Shown here: positions 8,058 to 18,347 of the stretch, piece after piece
How positions within the stretch are numbered: the stretch's first letter is position 1
Layout of the letters: each line of letters starts with the position of its first letter
NCBI GenBank assembly: GCA_963676835.2
Contig: CAXXFF010000002.1
Location: 1,875,465-1,939,464 of the forward strand
DNA: 64,000 bases
Source: Marispirochaeta sp.
Lineage (GTDB): Bacteria; Spirochaetota; Spirochaetia; JC444; Marispirochaetaceae
Direction: 5' to 3'
Program-made: the position numbers and the translations under genes
Notes under the pieces: generated by a model
Seen by the model: only the letters and a program-made list of their open reading frames with translations
Database searches by the model: none
What the model was told of the DNA's origin: nothing

Positions 8058-10861
8058 TTTTCCGGCAACTGTCGCAGCTGAATCAGATTGTCCGTGTCAA
8101 GCATTGCGGCAGCAGTCCGCCGGACAGAATCGGCATCAACTATAGAACGGTATTCTTCCGGGGTAAGCAGATCTTCCGGGTTTCGCCCTTCTTTAAAGGC
8201 GGATTCAAAGAAACCGGTCCAGAAGCTGTTCTGTTCCAGCTGTTCTTCGTAGGAACGCATGTATGCCTCTTCCACGTTGTTAACAAAGCGTTCCTCCGGT
8301 CCCTGTTCAGCAAGTTCCTCACAGACCGCAAGCACTGCCTGTGTCAGTTCCTCCACCCGGTCCGGATCAGAACCGAAATATATTCCCGCCTCTGTGTATT
8401 CATAGGGAACAGTATGTAGATCTGCCCAGGCGGAAATACTGTAGGTTCCTCCCATCTCCTCCCGTATTCGTTCTCCCAGAATGTTATCCAGAATGGAAGC
8501 TGTTGCGCTTATAAGCACTGCCTTTTCCGGCGTCCATGTATCCTGGTAGTTGAACATCAAAAGCTGGGTTGCCTGGTTTTCTATTCCCTTTTGTATTGTC
8601 TCTGCCACAGGACGTTCTACAGGGCGGATTCCGTTATCCTGTACATTTTCCCGTTTGTGCGAAGCGGGCAGCGCTGCCAGATAGATTTCCGCCAGCTTTC
8701 GCACTGTCTGTAGGTCGGTGTCCCCGGTGACTATTACGGTAAAATCCCCGGCATTGGCAAAACGGTCGTTGTAGACCTGTTCTGCAGTATTCAGGTCCAT
8801 TTCCGACACTTTTTCCAGTGTAAAGGGCTCTCTTCTTGGGCTTCCACTGCTGAGGATCTGTGTGAGGGTGTCCGAAAAAAGGGTACGGGGAGATTTGTCG
8901 CGGTTGGATACAGAGGCGGCTATCCGGGACTGTACCGATTGGAATGCTTCCTGATCAAAGCGCGGCGCAGTAAACGCCAGATGAATCAGCTGAAACAGAT
9001 ATTCAAGATCTTTTGTAGAGGATGATCCGCTAAAGCCTTCGTAATAGGCACCTATATAGCTGGAGAACTCGGCATCCTTGTCGGCAAGAAACTTGTCCAG
9101 TTCCTGGGCGGTAAAATCTCCCAGGCCGCTCTCTTTCTGAATCAGTACTGCCGTGCGTGCTGCGGTCAGTTCCTCCAGGGGCAGCAGGCTTTCTCCTCCG
9201 GGACTGAAGGCAGAGAGAATGACCCGGTTGGTGTCAAAATCGGTCTGCTTAAAGCCCAGGCGCAGACCATTGGACAGGGTCAGCAGGCTCATATCCACCG
9301 CGGGATAGTATTCTTCAGAAACAATCGAGCCCGGTGCGGGCAGCGCGGGAACAAGCTCCGAGGCTATGGCTTCTTCGCTGTAGGGGGGAACATTCAGGCT
9401 GGCTGTTTCTTTCCTTATGCTGCGGATATCTTCTGCAGTAGGGGGGGCCTCACCTTCGGGCAGGATCAGGCTGATCAGGGTGCCCTGTGAAGGAAAGAAC
9501 TCGGCGGTCAGTCCCTCTACTTCATTGAGACTGACCAGGGGAATCTCCGTCATAAAGAGATTGTGTTCATATTCAATTCCGGGCATTCCGGTTTTTTCAA
9601 GATAGTAGTCCCCGATCTCTTTCACGATACTGGAGGACTGCCGGTTTTCCCGTTCCAGCCAGGCGTTTTCAATAGCCTTGAGCACCCGGGCCTTTTCTCT
9701 GTCCAGTTCGCTTTGGGTAAAGCCGTGAAGCTGTACCCTCCGTACTTCGGTCAGCAGCTCCTTCAATGACCGGAGTAGAGTCTCTCCCGGGGCTCTGGCA
9801 GAAAGATAGCTCAGCTCAACCGGCCGGAGGTAGCGGTAGTTGGTTCCGCCTGCCCGCAGAAAAGGAGGCTCCACCTCTTTCGTGCGGTCTTCAAGGCGGG
9901 AGTTGAGCATGTTCCAGAAGAGAATTTCCCGTATGGTCTGCTGATAATCCTCTCTTGTTTCGAGCTGCCGGGGCTCCATGGGAGTAAGCAGTTCGGCTCT
10001 TCCCATGGTCAGTTCCGGATCGGTAAGAACGATTTCCCGGTTTTCCGATATAAAGGGAACAGAGTATTCCGGCCGTTTTTCGGCATTTTCGGGTGCCGGA
10101 TAATCAAATGCATTGCGGATAAGCTCTTCTGCCTTTTCCGAACTGATATCACCGGCTACGGCGACAGCCATGTTGGCTGGAATATACCAGGTGGAATAAA
10201 AGTCCCTGATGCGCTCGGCCGGGGTATTCATTACATCTTCCATATCGCCGATGGGCTTCCGCTCTGCATAACGGGAGCCTTTTAGCAGTTCCGCTATCTG
10301 TTTGTCCCGGATTCGTGCCTCGGCACTGCGCCGGAGCCTCCACTCTTCCCTGACAACAAGTCGTTCATCATCAATGGCTTTCTCCTCAAGCAGAAGGCCA
10401 TTTGCCCAGTCCCTCAGCACGATAAAGGCTTTTTCTACGGCTTCAGGATTATCCGCCGGGAGTTCCAGCTGATAGACGGTTTCATCATAGGTGGTATATG
10501 CATTCAAATCCGGACCAAATTCCATGCCCTGGGCTTCAAGAAACTCTTCAAGGTGATTTGCAGCAAAGTGTTCACTGCCGTTAAAAGCCATATGTTCCAA
10601 CAGGTGAGCGATCCCTTCCTGATCGTCATCTTCCAGGATGGAACCGGCATTAACAAATAGTCTGAGAACTATGCGGTTTTCCGGTTCATGGTTTTCGCGG
10701 ATAAAGTAGGTAAGGCCGTTGGCAAGGGTTCCCCGGCTTACCTGGGGATCAAAGGGAAGGGGAGTTGTGTCATGTGGTTGAAGACCGGCACAGCTGCCGG
10801 CAAGGATAACCAGTAGTACGGCGGCTGCCGCGGTAAACAGTACTTTTGGCAGTTTTACCAT
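8054..10861 (-). CDS. pqqL: M16-family zinc protease (PqqL-like), probable lipoprotein
   Basis: HLLEHMAFNG inverted zinc motif, NAYT..DETVY, lipobox LAGSC; AGGAG RBS before ATG at 10861. Confidence 0.88.
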   Translation of the reverse strand: MVKLPKVLFTAAAAVLLVILAGSCAGLQPHDTTPLPFDPQVSRGTLANGLTYFIRENHEPENRIVLRLFVNAGSILEDDDQEGIAHLLEHMAFNGSEHFAANHLEEFLEAQGMEFGPDLNAYTTYDETVYQLELPADNPEAVEKAFIVLRDWANGLLLEEKAIDDERLVVREEWRLRRSAEARIRDKQIAELLKGSRYAERKPIGDMEDVMNTPAERIRDFYSTWYIPANMAVAVAGDISSEKAEELIRNAFDYPAPENAEKRPEYSVPFISENREIVLTDPELTMGRAELLTPMEPRQLETREDYQQTIREILFWNMLNSRLEDRTKEVEPPFLRAGGTNYRYLRPVELSYLSARAPGETLLRSLKELLTEVRRVQLHGFTQSELDREKARVLKAIENAWLERENRQSSSIVKEIGDYYLEKTGMPGIEYEHNLFMTEIPLVSLNEVEGLTAEFFPSQGTLISLILPEGEAPPTAEDIRSIRKETASLNVPPYSEEAIASELVPALPAPGSIVSEEYYPAVDMSLLTLSNGLRLGFKQTDFDTNRVILSAFSPGGESLLPLEELTAARTAVLIQKESGLGDFTAQELDKFLADKDAEFSSYIGAYYEGFSGSSSTKDLEYLFQLIHLAFTAPRFDQEAFQSVQSRIAASVSNRDKSPRTLFSDTLTQILSSGSPRREPFTLEKVSEMDLNTAEQVYNDRFANAGDFTVIVTGDTDLQTVRKLAEIYLAALPASHKRENVQDNGIRPVERPVAETIQKGIENQATQLLMFNYQDTWTPEKAVLISATASILDNILGERIREEMGGTYSISAWADLHTVPYEYTEAGIYFGSDPDRVEELTQAVLAVCEELAEQGPEERFVNNVEEAYMRSYEEQLEQNSFWTGFFESAFKEGRNPEDLLTPEEYRSIVDADSVRRTAAAMLDTDNLIQLRQLPEN

Positions 10862-11033
10862 AAAGGGACTCCTGAAATAATTCCTTCGCAATTAGAAAGG
10901 TAACACCAATGGGGTAAATAGCCAACAGCTGTTTTTATGCGGCAAAAGGTAGAACTCTGCTATTTCAGGCAAAAAAATGTCCCTGCTGGCTGTAAAGCAC
11001 CGCAGGGACATTTCCATTTTTCGATGGAAAATT

Positions 11034-12146
11034 TTATTTGAGGGTTTCCTTGAGGATGACAAGCATTCTGCGGATGGGTTCCGCTGCTCCCCATAAAAGC
11101 TGGTCTCCCACGGTAAAGGCTGACAGGTAGTCATCTCCCATACGCATCTTTCGCAGTCTTCCCACAGGAGTTGAAAGGGTTCCGGTAACAGCCGCGGGAG
11201 TAAGTCCCTTCATGGAGGCTTCTTTGGTATTGGGGATAACCTTTGCCCATTCATTATGCTCTGCCAGCATGGATTCGATCTCATCCAGGGGTGCATTTTT
11301 GTTCAGTTTGATGGTCAGTGCCTGGCTGTGACAGCGCATGGCGCCGATACGTACACAAAGTCCGTCTACGGGAATTCCGGGATTAAGATCGAGGATTTTA
11401 TTGGTCTCCACATATCCCTTCCACTCTTCCTTGCTCTGACCAAGGTCAACCTCGCTGTCGATCCAGGGGATCAGACTTCCCGCAAGGGGGACGCCGAAAT
11501 TATCCGTGGGATAACTTCCGGAGCGGAGATTCTCTGTTACCTTACGGTCGATCTCAAGAATTGCCGAGGAGGGATTTGTCAGAAGATCATGTACCGATCC
11601 TTCCAGGGAGCCCATCTGGCTCAGAAGTTCCCGCATGTTTTTTGCTCCGGCGCCTGAGGCCGCCTGGTAGGTCATGGAGGTTATCCATTCAACCAGGCCG
11701 GCTTTGAACAGTCCGCCCAGGGCCATCAGCATAAGGCTGACCGTGCAGTTGCCTCCAACATAATCTTTAACACCCGAGGCAAGAGCCTTGTCGATAACAT
11801 GCCGGTTAACCGGGTCGAGTACAATAACGCTGTCGGATTTCATCCGCAGGGTAGATGCTGCATCAATCCAGTATCCCTGCCAGCCTGCCTTGCGAAGCTG
11901 TGGGTGAATATCGCTTGTGTAACCGCCGCCCTGGCAGGTAACAATAGCGTCCATGGTTTTAAGGGTATCAATGGAAAAAGCATCCTGCAGTTCCGGTGTG
12001 TCGATTCCCACATCCGGTGCCTTCTGTCCTACCTGGGAGGTTGAAAAGAATACAGGTTCAAAACCGCTGAAATCTTTTTCTTCCAGCATCCGGTCCATCA
12101 ATACAGAGCCGACCATTCCCCGCCAGCCGATGAATCCTACGCGCAT
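11034..12146 (-). CDS. asd: Aspartate-semialdehyde dehydrogenase (E. coli-type)
   Basis: [41 protein letters not shown]. Confidence 0.97.
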   Translation of the reverse strand: MRVGFIGWRGMVGSVLMDRMLEEKDFSGFEPVFFSTSQVGQKAPDVGIDTPELQDAFSIDTLKTMDAIVTCQGGGYTSDIHPQLRKAGWQGYWIDAASTLRMKSDSVIVLDPVNRHVIDKALASGVKDYVGGNCTVSLMLMALGGLFKAGLVEWITSMTYQAASGAGAKNMRELLSQMGSLEGSVHDLLTNPSSAILEIDRKVTENLRSGSYPTDNFGVPLAGSLIPWIDSEVDLGQSKEEWKGYVETNKILDLNPGIPVDGLCVRIGAMRCHSQALTIKLNKNAPLDEIESMLAEHNEWAKVIPNTKEASMKGLTPAAVTGTLSTPVGRLRKMRMGDDYLSAFTVGDQLLWGAAEPIRRMLVILKETLK

Positions 12147-12262
12147 ATACTGCTCCTGAAACAATTATCCGGCCCGAAACAGGCCGGTGGTGTGCCTAAA
12201 CGTGAGGGAGTTTATCATAATTATCAGCAGATCTTCAAGTTAGGCAGATTTTAAAGAATTTG

Positions 12263-13015
12263 TCAGTCCCTTAAGGTTCCTCCGTTAACCATCATGCTTT
12301 CGGCGGTAATAAAGCCTGCCCGGGGACTTGCCAGATAGGCTGCTGCAAAGGCTACATCTTCAGGTTTTCCCAGCTTCTTGAGGATACTGTTGTCTATAAA
12401 CTTCTGGTTTTCCTTGTCTCCTGCAGCGGCTGCCATTTCCGTCATAATTCTTCCGGGACATATTGCATTAACAGTGATGCCGTCTGCTCCAACCTGCTGG
12501 GCAAGGTTTCTGGTAAAGCCTAAAACCCCGGCCTTTGAGGCAGCGTAATGGGCTGCTGCAACGGTTCCCCCGTTTTTACCGGCTTCTGAAGCAAGGTTGA
12601 TAATTCTGCCGTATTTCTGTTTCCGCATAATAGGCAGAACTGCCTTGGCAAAAAGAAACTGGCCGCGGAGGTTAACATTGAGGACGAGATCCCACTCATC
12701 GGAACTTATTTCTTCGATAGGGTGGAGGGGATGAATGCCGGCATTATTGACCAGGATATGTACGCCGCCGAAGCGCTCTGCAACTTTTTCGACAAAAGCG
12801 TCAATTTCATCCTGTTTCGCGATATCGACGGTATCGAAGAGAATGCCTCCTTCAGCATTTACCGTCAGCTCTGCGGCGGTTTTCTGAAGATTATCCTTCA
12901 ATAAGTCGCAGAGGGCAACTGATGCTCCCCTGGCTGCCAGTTCGGTGACGATTGCTTTTCCTATACCTCTTGCACAGCCGGTAACTATTGCGGTGTATCC
13001 CTGTAAGTCATTCAT
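12263..13015 (-). CDS. SDR oxidoreductase (FabG-like)
   Basis: TGCARGIG, NNAG, YAASK. Confidence 0.9.
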   Translation of the reverse strand: MNDLQGYTAIVTGCARGIGKAIVTELAARGASVALCDLLKDNLQKTAAELTVNAEGGILFDTVDIAKQDEIDAFVEKVAERFGGVHILVNNAGIHPLHPIEEISSDEWDLVLNVNLRGQFLFAKAVLPIMRKQKYGRIINLASEAGKNGGTVAAAHYAASKAGVLGFTRNLAQQVGADGITVNAICPGRIMTEMAAAAGDKENQKFIDNSILKKLGKPEDVAFAAAYLASPRAGFITAESMMVNGGTLRD

Positions 13016-13047
13016 TTCTGTTTTCTCCTTTGTGTAAATATACGCAT

Positions 13048-13086
13048 AAAAAAACCTTCCGAAACAATGTTCCGGAAGGTTTTTTC
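13048..13086. terminator. Intrinsic terminator
   Basis: aaaaaaaccttccg...cggaaggtttttt hairpin. Confidence 0.7.
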
Positions 13087-13183
13087 TGCCGTACGGCCAC
13101 GGGAGATGACTGACTAAGCGGGTGAAACGGCTCCCGCGCGTCTATGCCGTCGGCGCATTATTCTTGTTGTATGCTGAAAACTA

Positions 13184-14149
13184 TCAGCAGCACTTGCATT
13201 TGCGGGAGATAGCCTTTTTGGCACCTGCTACAATTGCTTCGGTGGTCAGACCGTATTTAGCGATAAGTGTATCATAGGGTCCGGACTCGGTGAAAGTATC
13301 CTGAATACCGACATATTCAACAGGAACAGCACAGTTTTTGGAAAGAGATTCCGCAACTGCTGAACCGAAACCGCCGTAGATATTGTGCTCTTCTGCAGTT
13401 ACAACTGCACCGGTTTTGTTGGCACTTGCTGCAAGAAGCTCATCATCAATGGGCTTAACGGTGTGAATGTTAAGAACCTCAGCGGAAATACCTTCTGCTT
13501 TGAGCTTTTCTGCTGCTTCAATAGCCATTGTTACAGGAATACCGGATGCAGCAATAGTCACATCGGTTCCCTCTGCAAGAACGCGTCCCTTGCCGGTTTT
13601 GTATCCCGCATCATCCATTTCGATGAGGGGGGTAGCATTACGGCAGGCACGAATGTAGGTTGGTCCTTTGGCAGTAAGTGCTTCTTCCAGGGCTTCCTTC
13701 ATTTCAGTTGCATCGGCAGGAACGATTACCTTCATGTTGGGAAGTGCGCGCATGATGGCAATATCGGTAATTGCCTGGTGGCTGGCACCGTCGAAGGAGT
13801 CGGAAAGACCTGCATAACCGCCCACAATAATGACCGGCAGCTCGTTGTAACACATAACGTTACGGATCTGGTCGGTACATTTCAGAGCCAGAAAGAGTGC
13901 AAAGGTGCTGATTACGGGACGGTAGCCGCAGGTTGCGAGACCGGAAGCCACGTCTGCCATGTTTGCTTCGGCTACACCGACGTTGAAGAAACGCTCGGGG
14001 TATGCTGCACCGAAAACACCGGTTTTGGTTGAAGAAGAAACGTCTGCATCGAGAACAACCAGTTCGGGATGAGTTTTTCCAAGCTCTACAAGGGCTTCGC
14101 CGAAGGCGTCGCGCATTGCGACCATGGTATCGGTAACTTTAACTGCCAT
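13184..14149 (-). CDS. Split transketolase, C-terminal (pyrimidine-binding) subunit
   Basis: GVAEANM, DGASHQ, KPID, EEH. Confidence 0.92.
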   Translation of the reverse strand: MAVKVTDTMVAMRDAFGEALVELGKTHPELVVLDADVSSSTKTGVFGAAYPERFFNVGVAEANMADVASGLATCGYRPVISTFALFLALKCTDQIRNVMCYNELPVIIVGGYAGLSDSFDGASHQAITDIAIMRALPNMKVIVPADATEMKEALEEALTAKGPTYIRACRNATPLIEMDDAGYKTGKGRVLAEGTDVTIAASGIPVTMAIEAAEKLKAEGISAEVLNIHTVKPIDDELLAASANKTGAVVTAEEHNIYGGFGSAVAESLSKNCAVPVEYVGIQDTFTESGPYDTLIAKYGLTTEAIVAGAKKAISRKCKCC

Positions 14150-15006
14150 TATTTTGCCTCCAGTGCCGCAAGACCGGCTTCGAGTTCAGGACGGGCAATT
14201 GCGTATACATCGTCTGTAACAGGCGCACCGTGCCACTTGTTGGTGTTCTCCATGGACTTAACACCCTTACCTTTGATGGTGTCAAAGATAATTACGGAAG
14301 GACCGGCTTTTTCGGAATCAAGCCATTTGAAAGCCTCTGCAATAGAGTCCATGTTGTGTCCGTCGAAGCTCTTGGGAGCAACTCTCCAGCCGAATGCCTT
14401 GAAGCGTTCTGACAGGTCATCAAGAGGCATAATTTCTGCAGAAGTACCGTCAAGCTGTACCTTGTTGTAGTCAACGAGAAGAACCAGATTCTCGGGTTTG
14501 AACTTTGCCGCACCCATGATTCCTTCCCAGCTGGTACCTTCATCAAGACAGCCTTCGCCTACGATTACATAGGTTTTGAAGTCTTTCTTTGCAAGGCGTC
14601 CGCCGAGAGCCATACCCAGACCAACAGAAACACCATGACCAAGGGCTCCGGTAGACATGTCCACACCGGGGGTCTTTTTCATACAGGGGTGTCCCTGGAG
14701 ACGGCTGTTCAGTTCACGGAAGGTGTTGAGCTCTTCTTTGGGGAAGTAGCCTTTCTCCGCAAGAACAGCATACAGCATTGTTGATGCGTGTCCTTTGCTC
14801 AATACCAGCCGGTCCCGGTCTTCCCATGCGGGATTTTCGGGTTTTACGTTCATCCGTTCAAAATAAAGATAGGTAAGAATGTCTGCTACAGACGCTGCTC
14901 CGCCCCAGTGGCCGGTGCCTTTGTCATGCAGTACATCCAGTACTTCTATCCGAAACTGTTGTGCAAGTCGTGCCAGTTCAGCAGACCTGCCGGTAACTGT
15001 TTGCAT
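14149..15006 (-). CDS. Split transketolase, N-terminal (TPP-binding) subunit
   Basis: DRLVLSKGH, LQGHP, STGALGHG, GEG..EG..WE; stop overlaps next start. Confidence 0.92.
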   Translation of the reverse strand: MQTVTGRSAELARLAQQFRIEVLDVLHDKGTGHWGGAASVADILTYLYFERMNVKPENPAWEDRDRLVLSKGHASTMLYAVLAEKGYFPKEELNTFRELNSRLQGHPCMKKTPGVDMSTGALGHGVSVGLGMALGGRLAKKDFKTYVIVGEGCLDEGTSWEGIMGAAKFKPENLVLLVDYNKVQLDGTSAEIMPLDDLSERFKAFGWRVAPKSFDGHNMDSIAEAFKWLDSEKAGPSVIIFDTIKGKGVKSMENTNKWHGAPVTDDVYAIARPELEAGLAALEAK

Positions 15007-15033
15007 AGTGCATCCTCCATACAAAATATGTTG

Positions 15034-15708
15034 CTAAAATCTATCCAGTTTAACCGCGGCCTCTCGGGACGCGATTATATGACTGCGCATGTAATTTTCC
15101 GCCGTGTCCGGATCCCTGTTGGTAAAGGCATCGAGAATTTTGAGATGCTCATTATTTGTGTGGGTTGCCCGTGACGGCGTTTTCCCCGCCAGAATACGGA
15201 CCCGCAAATGGAGATCCATAATATCCTGGTAGGTTCTGATAAGGGTTTCATTCTCGGTGGACTGAATAAGGAAGTCATGAAAATCCCTGTCCATATGAAA
15301 CCATGTTTTGTAGGAACTTTCCGCAAGGGAGTTGTCGCTGAAATGGCGGCGGAACTCCTCTATTCGCTCTATATCGATTGTGGGGCATATCTGCCGAGCC
15401 ACTGCAGGCTCGATCATCAGGCGGATTTCAAATATCTCATATACGCTTTTCAGGGATATCTGGCTGGCAAAGGTTCCCTGTCTGGGGTAGATTGTTACCA
15501 GCCTGTCCCGCTGAAGCCGCAAAAGTGCTTCCCTGATTGGGGTTCGGGATGTTCCAAACTCGTCACTGAGGCTGCTTTCAACAATAAGGCCGCCGGGAGG
15601 AATATCTCCGTCAATTATGCGCTCTTTTATGGTTGCGTAAATTGAGTCCTGCAGCACGCCTTTACGCTGAGGATCCGCAGCATTGGAAGTTCCGGTATTG
15701 TCTGACAC
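15034..15708 (-). CDS. GntR-family (FCD) regulator
   Basis: SRTPIREAL; D..FH; EH..I. Confidence 0.9.
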   Translation of the reverse strand: MSDNTGTSNAADPQRKGVLQDSIYATIKERIIDGDIPPGGLIVESSLSDEFGTSRTPIREALLRLQRDRLVTIYPRQGTFASQISLKSVYEIFEIRLMIEPAVARQICPTIDIERIEEFRRHFSDNSLAESSYKTWFHMDRDFHDFLIQSTENETLIRTYQDIMDLHLRVRILAGKTPSRATHTNNEHLKILDAFTNRDPDTAENYMRSHIIASREAAVKLDRF

Positions 15709-15824
15709 ACAGCCCCGCTATTTTGGTCTATTAATTGAAAAATATATCTTGTACACGACAGATATATCAGTATAATATCTAATAGTGATTACACTGTCAA
15801 TTGAAACAGGAGGTATTTTTTGAT

Positions 15825-16772
15825 ATGGCTGTGTTGGTAACAGGTGCCGGTGGTTTTCTCGGCAAAGAAATAATTAACAGAATACTTGATTCAGGCCGGG
15901 ATGTACTGGCCTTCGATTTTGCGGAACCTAATCCGGATACACTGAAAGCCTGGGGCGACCGGGTGGAATTTATTCAGGGAGATATCCGGGATAAGTCCAT
16001 GGCTTATCATCTTGTACGGAAGTCCGGTACAGAAGACCCCATTATTCATCTTGCTGGAATCCTCACTGCAGGATGCGACAGGGATCCTGCCATGGCAATT
16101 GCGGTTAATATCAATGGCCTCAATAATGTGCTTGAGGCTGCAGTAAAGTACGGAAACCGCAGAACTGTTCATGCAAGTACCATTGGAGTGTACGGCCGCG
16201 GACTTCCCCAGCCCATACTTGAGGATATGCCCGCGGAGCCCGACGGCTGGTACGGCTATACAAAATGGATGGGTGAACACATGGGGCTTCTCTACGAGCG
16301 CCGCCATGGTCTGGATTTCCGGGCAGCAAGGTTTGCCGCGGTTACCGGTCCCGGACGTACTGCGGTAGGTTCAGCCAGTCTTTTTACTTCATACATTGCG
16401 GAAAAGCCTGCTCTGGGTGAAGTCTATGAAATTGAAGTTGCAGAGGATACTGCTTATCCTGTTGTCTATATCAAAGACGCTGCAGATGCTCTTTTCAAGA
16501 TTACTTTTGCAGAATCCGCCCCCAGCAGGGTCTATAATGTTTCATCAGGCCGGGTTATTGTTTCTGATATGATTAAAACTGTTAAGGAAATAATTCCTGA
16601 TGCAAAATACACTTACAAGCCGGATGAAGTTATCATGGCGGTTGTGAGCGGCTATAAAGAGTGGCATATCAGTACTGAGCGGATTGAGAAGGAACTTGGC
16701 TGGACGCCCAAGTATACTCCTGAGGTAATGGTTAAGGATATTATTACTGAAGCCCGGAAAATGAAGGGCTGA
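15825..16772 (+). CDS. Extended-SDR NAD-dependent epimerase/dehydrogenase (threonine or erythronate dehydrogenase-like)
   Basis: VTGAGGFLG, HLAG, YGYTK; AGGAGG RBS. Confidence 0.85.
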   Translation: MAVLVTGAGGFLGKEIINRILDSGRDVLAFDFAEPNPDTLKAWGDRVEFIQGDIRDKSMAYHLVRKSGTEDPIIHLAGILTAGCDRDPAMAIAVNINGLNNVLEAAVKYGNRRTVHASTIGVYGRGLPQPILEDMPAEPDGWYGYTKWMGEHMGLLYERRHGLDFRAARFAAVTGPGRTAVGSASLFTSYIAEKPALGEVYEIEVAEDTAYPVVYIKDAADALFKITFAESAPSRVYNVSSGRVIVSDMIKTVKEIIPDAKYTYKPDEVIMAVVSGYKEWHISTERIEKELGWTPKYTPEVMVKDIITEARKMKG

Positions 16773-16791
16773 TTTTTATCGTTCATTAATT

Positions 16792-16831
16792 AAAAAGGCC
16801 GCGGGTGGTTTTAAAGCACTCCGCGGCCTTT
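16792..16831. terminator. Bidirectional terminator between convergent genes
   Basis: aaaggccgcgg...ccgcggccttt. Confidence 0.7.
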
Positions 16832-16860
16832 ATTTTCTGTTTGAATTGTTTTCTCCGGAT

Positions 16861-17697
16861 TTAGAACCTGATTCCTTTCCGTATGTGTTCAACTGCTTCT
16901 AATGAGGGAGCAGCAATAAACTGTCCGGGCATCTTCCAGAGCTTCTCACTTGTTTTATCCAGAATATAGTTATCCGAATTTACCCTGTCGTCCATTACTC
17001 TGCCGTCAGAAAAGTGTATTACGAATCCTGCATTGCGCAGCAGGGGAATTGAGCCGGCGATATCCCAAAGTTTGAGATTCCCGACGAACGCCAGAAACCG
17101 GCCCATTAGCATGTAGGTAAAGGGTACAACTGCACATCCCAGGGCCTGTACCGGGTTGGGCATGGCATATTGTCCCTGACGAAGTACATCATTGGTAATG
17201 GCTATTATGGTTTTATCGTTCGGCGGGTGTTTTACTATCTTAAGGGGTTGTAGATCAGGCTTTTCATTTATTCCGCAGCGTGCATAGAGAACGGTGTTTT
17301 CGCCGGTAAGAAAATATTCCCCGCTTACGGGAAGGAAAATTGCACTTTCGGTGAGGATTCCCTGCTGCATAAAGCCGATTGAGATTCCCCAATGAGAAAG
17401 ATGATGCGCATAGGGTGCGGTTCCGTCGATAGGGTCTACAACCCAGGCGGTTTCCTGAAATGCCCTGTCCATATATTCGGAAGACTTGGTGTCGATTGTC
17501 TCTTCTCCGATCATATAACTGCCTTTTTCAGGCTGGTCAAACACGGCAGCCAGATGATTTTCCACGGCATGATCAGCCCGGGTTACCAGGCTCAGATCAT
17601 CCTTTACATCTATACCGGGGTCATCAAAGTAGGCGAGGGCGGTTTTTCCGCATTCCTGCAGCAACTGCAGAATTGTCTCGGTATTCCAGCGTGTCAT
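16861..17697 (-). CDS. Inositol monophosphatase family protein
   Basis: LVTRAD, GEE, WVVDPIDGT, WDIAG. Confidence 0.9.
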   Translation of the reverse strand: MTRWNTETILQLLQECGKTALAYFDDPGIDVKDDLSLVTRADHAVENHLAAVFDQPEKGSYMIGEETIDTKSSEYMDRAFQETAWVVDPIDGTAPYAHHLSHWGISIGFMQQGILTESAIFLPVSGEYFLTGENTVLYARCGINEKPDLQPLKIVKHPPNDKTIIAITNDVLRQGQYAMPNPVQALGCAVVPFTYMLMGRFLAFVGNLKLWDIAGSIPLLRNAGFVIHFSDGRVMDDRVNSDNYILDKTSEKLWKMPGQFIAAPSLEAVEHIRKGIRF

Positions 17698-18347
17698 CAG
17701 CTCATCTGTCCCCGGACAACCTTCTGCATTATTCTCACCTTCGAGTTCTGCAGATGTTCTTCCAGTATCTCAACCGCCCGCTCTGTATCACGGACGCAGA
17801 TGGCGTCTATAAGGTTGAGGTGCTCATCACAGGTGCTGAGCCGCACCTCGTCATCCCGGAACCCCAGTTCACGGAAGGTCTGAATAAGATGGTAGAGCTG
17901 ATTCACCATGTTGATCAGTCGCCTGCGGCCGCAGTTTTCCACCAGATAGGTATGCAGCTCAGCGTCCACCTCTGCATGCCCCATGGCATCCCTGGTTTTA
18001 ACCACCTCTTCAATCTTTTTGCGAATTTCTATAAGCCGCTGAATGCTGAGGGCGGGAATGGAAAAACGCAGAGCAAGAGCTTCCAGTGATTTTCGTATCT
18101 CGTAGATATCTTCAAGGTCATCAGCGGTAAAGGGAAAGGTTTTTGCCCCCCGGTTCGGAATAAGCTGGATCAGCTGATCCTGTTCGAGCCGTTTGAGCAC
18201 ATTACGGACAGGAGTCCGGCTGGTGCCGAACTCCTTTGCCAGAGAATCTTCCCGGAGAAAATTCTCCGGGGGATAATAGTTATGAATTATACGGTCAAAG
18301 AGGGCCGTATATATATCGTGGCTTGCCTGATTCGTTGGTTCTCTCAT
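17697..18347 (-). CDS. GntR-family (FCD) regulator
   Basis: SRTPVR; EH..LIDAI; ATGA overlap with E1 stop. Confidence 0.9.
   Translation of the reverse strand: MREPTNQASHDIYTALFDRIIHNYYPPENFLREDSLAKEFGTSRTPVRNVLKRLEQDQLIQLIPNRGAKTFPFTADDLEDIYEIRKSLEALALRFSIPALSIQRLIEIRKKIEEVVKTRDAMGHAEVDAELHTYLVENCGRRRLINMVNQLYHLIQTFRELGFRDDEVRLSTCDEHLNLIDAICVRDTERAVEILEEHLQNSKVRIMQKVVRGQMS

Noticed and set aside
13088..13160. GC-rich stretch upstream of the SDR as a riboswitch
   Set aside because: No recognisable aptamer consensus; an Rfam scan would be needed
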